Of a stretch of DNA of 64,000 nt, positions 44,011 through 54,900 are shown in pieces. The DNA is from Sminthopsis crassicaudata. Its lineage: Eukaryota. The DNA lies in NCBI RefSeq assembly GCF_048593235.1, contig NC_133621.1, positions 302,321,146 through 302,385,145 on the forward strand. Reading direction: 5' to 3'. Numbering within the stretch: the stretch's first letter is position 1; every line of letters starts with the position of its first letter. The notes below the pieces were generated by a model. That model was not told the origin of the DNA. It saw only the letters and a list, made by a program, of their open reading frames with translations, and searched no databases. The position numbers were made by a program, and so were the translations under genes.

Positions 44011-45381
44011 ATGTCGCTGGGAGCGGCTCGCTGGCTGGTGACGGGGACGGCCGCGCGGAGCGGGGCTCTCGGGCTTGGGCCCGCCGCGCGGAAAGCCGGG
44101 AGCGGCGTGGGCCAGGGCCCGGCCCCTTCGCGATCGCTCATCGCTACCCGCAGCGGAGCCATCTTACCCAAGCCGGCTAAAGTAAGTGAGGGGTGGAGCG
44201 AGGTAGAGCTACGGCCAATCCGCGCCAGGGACCTTGTGGGAGGGCCAATCATAGCTCCTGGCTGCGCTGATGGGCGGACAAACTGACCAATGGTGGAGGC
44301 CTCGGGGGCGTCCCGGAAGCAGTTAAAGGCGTGGCCAGAGCTGAGGACCAGGAGGGTGGTGGCCTGGGCTCCGGGCCCCAATGGGGGGCTGCGACCCCTC
44401 GGGCCGGCGTAGGTCGGGGCCATACCCCCCCACCCCCCGAGATCAGCAGTAACCGTCCAGGATGTGTTTAACGGGCCACTGGGGAAGGAGGAGTCATTCC
44501 TAATGAAGGGCATAAGGGGCAGTGGCTGGAGTCCGGAAGGGGGACTCGGGACATTGGGTAGATGTGGGATCCTGGGTGAGACTGGCCACCTCTGCCCGCC
44601 TCGGTTTCCTCATCTCTAAAATGGGGATAACGGCAGCATTGAAAAAGCAGGTGCTTTGTAACTCTTGGCCGTTTTCACTATCCCCCTCCCCCAGAATCAC
44701 TTCATTTGGCTCCTGGAAAAGGGCAAGGATGGTCCCGATTCTCAGGGAGGGTGAGGAAGGTCTGAGTGGAGTGACTTGTCCTGCCCGGCCCAAAGCCCTG
44801 TCCTGTGTCCCCACCCCCAGCTTTGGCTTGGGAGGTCAGGGGTCAGTCCCAGGTCCTTCCAGAACCATTGCTGGGCCTTGGTTTCCCTTCTCCAGGCTCC
44901 GCTTGCTGGCCAGCGGGCCCACGGCCAGAGCTGAGCATGAACAGAAGCCCTTTTTAAAGCCCCAAGGGTCAGAGGAACCATCCTGAGGGGCCCTCCTTCC
45001 TAGCAGCTGGCCACCGTGCCCAGAGCAGAGCCTGGCGGCTGTCCGTGTCCTGGGTACCTCCGGACGGGGGCCTGTTTTTAGCCTGGGGGATGCTTTCTTG
45101 AACTCCCTCCCCCCAAACGTCACCCCCTGGCCTTTTACTTCCTGGCTCACCTTGCTCCCAGCCTGGCTTCCCTGTGTGTGCAAGGATGAGGAGTTTGGGG
45201 GCTGCAGCCCCTTGTGTACCTTCCTGTGTCTCATATCCTCCAGATGTCCTTCGGCCTCCTCCGGGTCTTCTCCATTGTGATTCCCTTCCTCTATGTTGGG
45301 ACGCTCATTAGCAAGAATTTTGCCGCCCTCTTGGAAGAGCACGACATTTTTGTTCCCGAGGATGATGACGACGATGATTAG
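44011..45381 (+). CDS. SMDT1: Essential MCU regulator EMRE, 102 aa. Exons 44011-44181 and 45244-45381 (TAG), followed by a donor at 45385 to a UTR-only exon
   Basis: MSLGAARWLVTG...SRSLIATRSGAILPKPAK|MSFGLLRVFSIVIPFLYVGTLISKNFAALLEEHDIFVPEDDDDDD* has the conserved TM helix and the poly-Asp tail. Splice sites are AAA|gtaagt and ccag|ATG. Confidence 0.98.
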
Positions 45382-46465
45382 TGGGTAAGACTCGATTTCT
45401 CCCTCCCGGGCCAGGGGGCTCCTCCGTGTGGCTGAAGGGCAGGAGAGTCAGAGGAGGCTCAGCCCGCACACTTCCAGCACACTTCGGGGTCTGGATTCAG
45501 ATCCCGCCAGTGGGCCCGGGGCGGCTCTGCCTCCGCAGTTCCCTTAGTGTGGTTACGAGGCTTTCTGCGGAAAGCGCTTTGCCCATTTTTCAGTGCCATG
45601 GAAAGGGGAGCCGCGTTGGGCCAGGCTGTCTGGAGACGCCCGGCTGTCGGAGAGGGACTCGGGTAAACCTCGAGGGCTTGACCTCCTTCAGGCCAGGGCA
45701 CAGAGTAGCATTTGGTCAGTGTTGATGGATGACGGACTGAGCCCAACTAGAACCCCACAAGATAGAGAGGTCAAGAACACACATGAGGAAACAGGCTCCC
45801 AGACTTGGCAGATGCTACCAGGGAAGCATCAGAGCCGTGCTCCCGGCCAGACTTTTCCCATTCCCCACGTCTCCAGCCTTCCAGGCCAACCTTCTAAGGA
45901 GGTTAGGAAATGCCTCCTTCACTGAGGCCTCTGAGGTACTTACTGCAAGGCCCCATTTCCCCCCCCCCCCCGCTGGGGTTAAGTGACTTGCCCAGGGTCA
46001 TACTGCTAGGAAGTGTTAAGTGTCTGAGACCAGATTTGACCCATTTTACAGATAAGTAAACTGAGGCTCAAGAAATTAAAGAGCTTTCCTGCTGTCACTT
46101 GGCTAAAAATTGGAAGCCAGGAGTCAAATCCTGAGGATTTCTTAATTTAATGGTTTTTAAATTATTCTCAAGAAAATAAACATTCTTCCCCAGAAGAGAG
46201 GCCTGGCTTAACTATTAACACAGGAGATGAAGGAGGTCATGTGACATGACCCCATGTTGATCCCAGGCTGGACCTTGGAGAGGGGAGCTGAAGTAACAGG
46301 TGGGCTTGGGGCAGAAGGTTGAGAGGCTGAGGGGGTGTCCCCCTCCCCTCCAAGAGCCCCTGAGCCTTTGTTAGAGGCCGATTGGGATCATGGCCACCAG
46401 GAAGTAGGAGGAGGAAGAGCTGACAGCGCTGCCTCCTCTGACCCCAGCTCTGCTTTATACCACAG

Positions 46466-46715
46466 GGTACCCTGGCCCCACTGAGGCCCCAGCCTGATGC
46501 CGAAGCCTCTGTAGCAATCATGCTCTTTCTCCGGAAGCAGAGGGGCAGAGCGCCCGCCCTCAGCCCTCACCTCCCTGACTGGCATCCCTGCATGACCCAG
46601 TGGACGTGGCGTGTATCCGTAGCCTCGTTAGCCCGAGCTCCCGGGCCCTCTGTGAAGGCCAGGCTGCGGCCCCAGAGCACTGAACTAGGAATAAATAGCA
46701 CTTTGTGACCCAGGC
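46466..46715 (+). other. SMDT1: Probable 3'UTR-only exon 3 of SMDT1, with AATAAA at 46690-46695
   Basis: Acceptor ctgctttataccacag| at 46465 with an AATAAA downstream. An alternative acceptor at 46193 is possible. Confidence 0.4.
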
Positions 46716-47880
46716 CGGGGTGGGGCTGTCTGTGTGCGTGCCGTCTCCTGGGTGATGTCTGGGAGTCAGCTGCGGGCCGCCGACTGGAGGCTCAGGCAGG
46801 TCCCATTCCCAGGAGCACAGAGGGGGGGTCGGCTGTGGAGATGGTGGGGGGTACACTGCCTGCCCAGGAGGACCATCCTGGACTAGCTTTTTCTGGCACC
46901 CTGTCCTCAGCTACAGGAGGCTGGGTGCCCTCTGGGCCAGGCCAGAATCTGGGTGGGTTAGCCTCCCGGTCCTGCAGGCCCTCAAGAGGAACTGATTTCT
47001 TACTCTGCAGGGATCAAGGCCACATGGGAGAAGGGACACCTTTCTCCCTAATATGGAAGCGCACTTTTCATTTGTAAGTCCACCCAGAGCTCATTCATTT
47101 TTTTTTCTGAAGCCATTCTATAAAAAAAAAAAAATCCATCCATCTCATCGGTAACTTCTCTTGGCATAGAACCGGACACAAGTTTTGAGTTTCCTTTATT
47201 CTCATTTCATCTCTCGTGTCTCCATTCTCATATCTGAAAACACAGGTCTGAGTGGTATTGAAAGCCCGATGTTTCAGGTCCTCGTTTTCCTCCAGTGCCT
47301 TGCACCCGGTCTCCCAGGAGGACCATTGTACGAGGCCTGCCTTGGCAACTGGGAAGGGCTCATCAGCAAGAGGTTAAACATCTGGGGACTGATGTTTGTG
47401 GCTGCAGCAACTTGGGAAAACTCTCCAAGTCATAAGGGAGCCCCTGCCTCAGTGAAACCTGCCCCGGAACAGGAACACAGTGGGGACATCTGCAACCTTC
47501 TCCTCCTGGGAGGAGTGGAGGACAGTAGGAAGCAGACACTGCAGAGACAGGGTGGGAGAGCTCCCTTGGCTAAAAGAGGAATAGGCCAGCCCACTATGGG
47601 AGGCCTTTGGACAGGGGCGGAATGCTGGCAAGGGGAGGGGGACCCCGAGTTTCCTTCCCACTCTGATTTTAGGATCCCTAAAAGTTAGCCACTCCAGGGT
47701 CTGACAGGAGGGGCTGGCCAGTCCTAACTGCCAGCACCCCCGCCAGGAGCACCAAGCGATGTAGAGAGAGCAGGCCCGGCAGGCCAGGCCCATTCAGGAA
47801 ATCCCATCACACAAAGGTTCCACCATAGAGTTTATTTGCAGTATCAGAATTAAATAAATGTGCCTCTTTCCAGAGTCTCA

Positions 47881-49536
47881 TCACGGGTCGTGACCAGCAT
47901 AGAACTTGGAGAGGAAATCCTTGGGTCTTGGGGGTTCCGTTTCATGGAAGAACCTCATGACGTGGGTTCGCTGCTTCCAGACTTTAATTGTCTCCTCCAA
48001 TTCCATCTTTCCCTGCACAGGGAGGGAGGTGTCAGTCACCCGCCCCCTCGTGGGGGTGGGGGGCTGGTGGCCAGGAAAATGCTTTCCTGACACATGGCCC
48101 ACACACACTGGTTCTGCCTCACCCTTCGAGATACAGAAGAGGGACAATGGGCCCGAGGGGGTTCCACCAGAATGAATATCAGGCTCACCCAGCTCTCACA
48201 CCATGGCCTGGACACACCCCCAACCCAACATGTGTCCATCACCCCCTGCTATCTCCGAACCGCTCTCTCTCTGCTGCGGTCGGTCCTGATGTCCAAGGCG
48301 GCAGTGGCTCCCACTGGCCCTCCATGCAGCTGCCAAAGTGAGGGTCCTGCAGGGAGAGGGGGCCAAGACCTGCCTTCCCAGCCCACCCCGGCCCCTCCAG
48401 GAGCTTTTCTCTTGGGCCTGGATCAAAACTAGAGACGCCTCTGCTTGAGATGACACCTCGCTGGGCCAGCCACTTTCTGCCTCAGTGTCCCCATCCCTAA
48501 GATGGGGACCACACCTATTTCCCAGGGGTGCGGTGAGGGTGCCAGACCACACTGGCAAAGTGCACGGCATCCGGTACCTTAATGACCAACAGATCCACCA
48601 CCCGCGGGTCGGTGACGTGGGCGTTCTTCATGAACATCTCTCGGACTTTGTCCCGGCCCTGCTTCACCGAGATGTCCAGCTGAAAAAGGTGCACTGGGGA
48701 CAAACGAGGTCCGGGTCAGGCGGAGCCCCAACGGCCAAGGGGCGGAGGAGACCCCCAATGCAGGCCGGGCCCACATCCGGCAACCCCCCCCACGCCGGCT
48801 CCCCCAGGACGAGAGCACTCAGCCCACGGCCGCATCCGGGCTCTGGGGGGGAGAGACGGGACTGCTGTGCCGGGACAAGGAAGGAAACAGTCCCTCCTCC
48901 CCCAGCCCGGCACTGATGCTCACTGCCCCCTCCTCTTCTTAGTCTGGTAGGTCCTGGAGTTGGGGGGAGGGCGCCCTCTACAGGAGCTCCCTGGACCTGC
49001 CTCATCCCCTCCCTGTGACTGTTTCCTACCCTGCAAAATGACATCTTCCCAGACCTGTTGCAGGGATGGGGAAACAGGGAGAGGGGGCGGAGAACGCGGG
49101 GCTAAAGTGTTTGAAGGGCCCAGGGTTCGAAAACCATTAGTGCTCCAACTGCCTGCGTGACCTCGGCCCCGTCCTTTGTTTTCCCGGGGTGTCTCTGGGC
49201 TCTTTCGCCGGGGAAGCCGCGCCTCAGTTTTCCCTCCATGAGAGCGGCATCCCCGCGGAGCCACGGGACGCCCGTCCCAGTCCCCCTTCGGCACAAACTC
49301 AGGGCCTGTCCCTTTAAGAGCGGCGGGATCACGACCTTGACGGAGAGCGCCCGCCCCGCCCCCTCCCCGCCGGACGGCCCCTCACCAGTGGTGGGCACCT
49401 CCCGGTACCAGGCCCGGTACAGCTCCCGCACTCGCCGCTTGGCTTCCTTCAGGTCCCGGCTGAAGACGGGCTTCACCGCCGTGCCCACGGCCCCTGACGC
49501 TACGGAGGCCGCCCGCCCCACACCGCTCGCCGCCAT
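47881..49536 (-). CDS. NDUFA6: NADH dehydrogenase 1 alpha subcomplex subunit 6 (LYRM6), 132 aa. Exons 49536-49386, 48693-48578, 48012-47881
   Basis: [11 protein letters not shown]...[30 protein letters not shown]|[39 protein letters not shown]|[43 protein letters not shown]. The LYR motif is present, phases are 1 and 0, and AATAAA (minus strand) lies at 47831-47836. Confidence 0.98.
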
Positions 49537-49870
49537 CTTGGCGCAGCCGCCGCTAGCTCCGCCTTCGAAGGCGGGGAAACGTTCCTCCAGGCCCGGCCAT
49601 TGGCCGCCGCGAGCGCGAGGATGGAAGGAAGGGCCGAAGGAAAGTCGGCCTCCCCGCTCTCTGATTGGCTATGGGTTCGGAGACAGCACGCTCCCTTAGC
49701 CGCAGGGGGGTGGAGCGATGAAAAGCCAGCTGGACCTCGGAGCACTTTGATTGGTTCTCAGACCAGGACCGGGAAGAGAGCTGTTGAGGCGGCGTGCGCA
49801 TGCGCCTGAGCGTGGCGCCATGAAAAGGACGTAGGGGCGTATGTGTGTGTGTGTGAGCGCGCGCGCGTTT
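49527..49870 (-). promoter_or_regulatory. NDUFA6 promoter with YY1, CCAAT and NRF1 motifs
   Basis: CAAGATGGCGGC (YY1 consensus) overlaps the ATG at 49529-49540. ATTGG/CCAAT motifs lie at about 49663 and 49750, and TGCGCATGCGC (NRF1) at 49795-49805. This set is typical of nuclear OXPHOS genes. Confidence 0.75.
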
Positions 49871-50359
49871 GGAGCGCCCGATGGGAGGCGCTGCTCTCGT
49901 CCAGATCCGGGCACGGGCGGGGATGGGATGTTGCCGTAGTAACCCTCAGTGACTTGCCCAGGGTCACACAGCCAGGATGTGTTAAGTGTCTGAGGCTGGA
50001 TTGAACTCAGGTCCTCCTGACTTCAGGGCTGTGCTCCACCCATTGCGCCCCCAGTGCTGCCAGTCCCCTCCTTTCACAAACGGGGAAACTGAGGCAGGGG
50101 TGGATCAGAGTAGGGCGGGCTACTTACAGAAGGGGAAGCCAAGGCCCAGGGCCAGGCAGAGCTGGAGCCCAGCCTGGGGAGCCAGTCAGGTGGCTTTAGG
50201 GACCCTCCCCCTTAGTCTCCTGGAGCTGGCTCTGCGCACCCACCGCCTCGGCCCGCCTCAGGGGCTCCCCTTCTAATCCCGGCGGGCTACGTTCTAGGCC
50301 TCAGCTCCAAAGTACTGAGAGAAGTGACACGCTGGGAAGTGTCCAAGCCCCTCTCAACC

Positions 50360-51353
50360 AATAAAGAGATGAACAGACAATCTCAGATGATGAAATGGAA
50401 ACTATTTCCGCTCATATGAAAGTGTTCCAAATCACTACTGATCAGAGAAATGCAAATTAAGACAACTCTGAGATACCACTACACACCGGTCAGATTGGCT
50501 AAGATGACAGGAACAAATAATGATGAATCTTGGAGGGGATGTGGGAAAACTGGGACACTGATGCATTGTTGGTGGAGTTGCGAAAGAATCCGGCCATTCT
50601 GGAGAGCAATCTGGAATTATGCCCCAAAAGGTATCAAAATGTGCATACCCTTTGACCCAGCCATACTACTACTGGGCTTATACCCCAAGGAAATACTAAA
50701 GAGGGGAAAGGGACCTGTATGTGCCAAAATGTTTGTGGCAGCCCTTTTCATAGTGGCTAGAAACTGGAAGATGAATGGATGTCCATCAGTTGGAGAATGG
50801 TTGGGTAAATTATGGTATATGAATGTTCTGGAATATTATTGTTCTGTAAGAAATGACCAACAGGAGGAATACAGAGAGGCCTGGAGAGACTTACAGGAAC
50901 TGATGCTGAGTGAAACGAGCAGAACCAGAAGATCATTATACACTTCAATAATGTTACTGTACGAGGATGTATTCTGATGGAAGTGGAAATCTTCAACATA
51001 AAGAAGAGCCAACTCACTTCCAGCTGATCAGTGACAAAGCCGTCTCCAAGCAGAGAGGACCGCGGGGAGCTGCATTCTCCCTCTTTCTGTTGTGGTTCGC
51101 TCCTATTTTCTTTTTTTCTTTTTTTTTTTTTTTTTTGCTTTCTGATATTTTTCTTATGCAGCGACATAACTGTATAAATGTGAACCCATATATTGGATTT
51201 AATATATATTTCTACCATCCTTAACATAAATTGGAGTATTTGCCATCTGGGGGAGGGAGAGAAAAAATTGGAACACAAGGTTTTGCCAGGATCGGTGTTG
51301 AAAAATTACCCATGCATATATTTTGAAAATTGAAAAAAAACTTCAACAAAAAA
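50360..51353 (+). mobile_element. 5'-truncated L1 (ORF2 C-terminus, 3'UTR, A-rich tail)
   Basis: ORF 50450-50977 reads [19 protein letters not shown]...HCWWSC...[15 protein letters not shown]...[15 protein letters not shown], the typical L1 ORF2 end. A-rich tail at about 51330-51353. Confidence 0.95.
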
Positions 51354-51978
51354 CCATAATCTTCTTAATAAGGGGCCAGTGTTGTCTGCCAGGAAATAGA
51401 TAAAAAATTTCACTTAGCTATCTCCTCTAACACTTGTGGGATATTCAGGGAGAACTAGCACCTCAGGGCCCCCCCCCCCCGCAGCTCCCAGAGGCCCCTG
51501 CAGGCCGCCACCCCTGGTCCAACCGTCCCAGCAGACGGGCCAGACAAGGTTGAGGGTGACCGAGGGGCTGCAAAGCCTCAGTGAGTTAGGGGGCGTCCGC
51601 CCCAAGCGGGTGGAGACGTCCCCTGGTGGGTGAAAACAGCCTTTCTAATGGCCACGAAGGCGACCGGCCGGGGCCCGCTCAGACACTGACGTGGAGCCGG
51701 GCGTCCCGGGCGGCCTGACTTCCGTCCTGCCGCCGCCTTGGAGGACTCGGGGAGAGCGAGGCGGGGCTCCGGCGGCTCTGGCTCAGCCCGGGGTGACATC
51801 ATCTGTCCTCGGCGGCTGTGTCTGCCCCCCCACGCCGTCTTCCTCTCCGCCTGTCTCCTCATCTCCTCTGTCTCTCTCCCCATCCTCTCTCCTTTGTCTC
51901 TCTGTCCCGCCTCTCTCTGTGTCTGGGTCTCCCCTCTCTCGCCTCTTCTCACCATGCAGGCGCCCTCCCCCGGCAGCC

Positions 51979-54900
51979 ATGGTGGTCTTGCCCTTCTGGC
52001 ACTTACTCCTTTGGGGGGGCCTTTTGCTAATGGCCGAGAACTCTCAGCACTCTTTCCCCGGGGTCACGCCCCCTAGTGTCCCCACCAGACCAGTGGCTCC
52101 GTGGCTATCTGGCCTTGATTCTCTCTCCTCCAGCTCCCACCAGTGCAGGGCGTCTCCTCCGGCCGACCCGAAGGCAGCACGGCCCAGAAGAGACCCCCGG
52201 CCCCTCCCCCACTGTGGTCCGAACTGCTTCCTAACGTCCTGTTTCCCGAGCACCCACTGACCTCTAGGGCCCCGGGGTTCCGACCTCAGACTCCTTCTTG
52301 ACCTTTGACCCCCCTTTGCGTGTCCCCCGTTTCCCAGCCTTGCTATTTCTGACACCAGCCCCAGAACGGGCTCCCATGTCCCTCCTGCTGCTTCCTCCAG
52401 GGCCCCCCATCTTTCGTCGCTTCCGAGCCTTCATCCATTGGGCCAAGCAGGTCTCTGGACGACTTCCTTCCCAGAACAAAGCCGGAGGAGGGGGCGGGGC
52501 CCCTCTCTCACCCCCGGCCCCTCCACCGGCCAAGCTTTAAGTCCACCATGAGGGCGCCTCCTCCCAGAGCCTCCCCAGGCAGGGCCGCCGGACGTGCCGG
52601 CCCAGGCCGCGGCACAGAGGTGCAGAGCGGGCCGTTCCCTCTGTCTCAGCCCCAGCTTTCCCCTTCCCCGTGTCTCGGAGCTGATCCCACCCGTCTTGGC
52701 CACTGCTCACTTGGAGACCCCTTTGGGGAATATGTTCTCGGCGCTTCAGGCTCGGGTTCAAATTCTGACCCCGCTCCTTGGCTGTCAGTTAAGGGCCCGG
52801 GCCTGCAGCTCCGTCCAGGGGCCTTTTCTTCCCCATCTGTAAGATGAGGAGCCGGACGCCCCTCTCCGGCTCTAACTCCAGTTGTGTGCCCATGATCATG
52901 TGGGGCCGAGCCCCCGGCGCTGGGAACCTTGGGGGGGGGGGCGTGCCGGGCCCCGTCACCCTCCGCTAAGGGCCCCTTTGTCCGGCCGTGGCGTGTCTGG
53001 GCAGGGCGGGGGCCGCCGTCTCCCCACCAGACTGGCGGCTCCGGGAGGGCCGAGCCCCCGCTGGGTGAGTACATGGAGATCCCCTCCCAGGCTGGCAGGC
53101 CCCGCCCGGCCTCCCCCTGCCCGGGCCGGTGATGAGGCGCCCTGTCACAAAGCCCCCCTCCGTGTGAGGTCACACTGGGGCCCCATCCTGGGAAGGGCGC
53201 CGCCCGGGCAGACTTCAGAGGCCGGCCAGCGGAGAGCCAGCCACGGAGACTTCTCACCCGGGGCCTGGCGTTTGGAATATGGTCCTGCCCGCGCTGGGGG
53301 GGCCGGCCCGCAGCTAGAGCCCGCAAGGAGCCGCGGGGGAGGCCGGTCAGTGCGCGAGCTGACATGCCCAAAGGGTAGACCCCAGACTCCGAAATCACTG
53401 AGACCCCAGCTCAGGGTGAGCAGGCTCCCCAGGCCCTCCCGGCCCTCCCAGGCCCGTGCCCCCCCCCCCGCCGTAAATCCCCAGTAGAGCCTCAGGGGTC
53501 TGCTTCCTGGGGGGCTGGCGGGGGTTCCTGTCCCAGCGGGGAACTTGCCACTAGGAAGGACGGAGCCCCCAAGTCCTGACTCCGGGTTTCTGGCCGGACG
53601 AGGGCCCTTCCCCTCCGGCCTCGGCTTCCCGTGTGGCCCGGGGAGCTCCGGGACCCCTCCCCGCTCCCAGTCTGGGACCGACGCGGCTCATAAACCTTCC
53701 CCCGAGGGGCAGGGCTTAGAGGCCCTTAAGTGGTATTGAAAAAAGAGACCTTTGGGCTCAGAGCAAGGAGACACAGGGAGACCCCCGTCCTGCTGTTAGC
53801 TCTGGGGGACCTCGGCCAAGTCACCTCCCCCAGCCTCAGTTTGCTCATCCAGAAAATGGTTATATATAATGATAATAATTGTTGTTATTATTATTATTAT
53901 TATTGTTTCTGTGGTCCCCTGAAACCTTCCTTAACCCCAAGCCACAAAGTCTCCCAGCCTGCCCAGCTAATGCCGCCCCATGATCCCCCGCCGGGCTGAA
54001 GCAGGACTCTCCCTGACACGTGGGAGCCATTTGGGAGCAAGGACTGTTGTTTCTGGGTTTCTGTCCCAGTCTTTTGAGTTNNNNNNNNNNNNNNNNNNNN
54101 NNNNNNNNNNNNNNNNNNNNNNNNNNNNNNNNNNNNNNNNNNNNNNNNNNNNNNNNNNNNNNNNNNNNNNNNNNNNNNNNNNNNNNNNNNNNNNNNNNNN
54201 NNNNNNNNNNNNNNNNNNNNNNNNNNNNNNNNNNNNNCTCCTCCCTGCACTACCTAGTCTTGAAGTTCTCAAGTCCTGGGCACCCAGACTCACAATGGCC
54301 ACGGGTGGTGGGGAGTCCTGGATTCGAATCCCATCTCTGCTACTTCCCGGCCGCCTGGGTGAATTGGGAGGAGGGGGGGAGAAGCCTCCGAGCTGCCTTG
54401 AAGCGAGGGGGGACAGATGGGTTGGCCCCCATGCCTTCCGCCCCTTCCTTATCAATAAGATGAGGAGCGGCGAGAGCCCTGAGCCCGGAGTGGACCTCCA
54501 TCAGCCTCAGTTTCCCCTCCCAGAGCGGGCGTCTCCGTGGCTTGGGTGGGGGGCCCCAGGAGACCCTTTGGGAGATGTCCCTCGCTGATTACTGGCTTTT
54601 ATAAGCGGAGGCGGGGCATGAGTGGCGGTTGGAAGGGGGTGGGGACCCCGGGGGTCCTGAGACCACATCAGCAGCCTGGCAGGCCCAACTGCGCTATTAT
54701 CGCATTAATGGTAGAATTTCTTTTTCATGTACAAATCCACTTATTCCAATGCTATTGTTCGATAGATGAAGGCAAAAAAGCTTCATAGAAGTGAAAGTAG
54801 AAATAATAGAATTTCGAACACGGCCAGTGTCCGCGGACATCGCCGAATAAAGGCTCCTCAGTGTTTTCAGGGGGAGGCAACTGGGGTTGAGTGACTGGCC

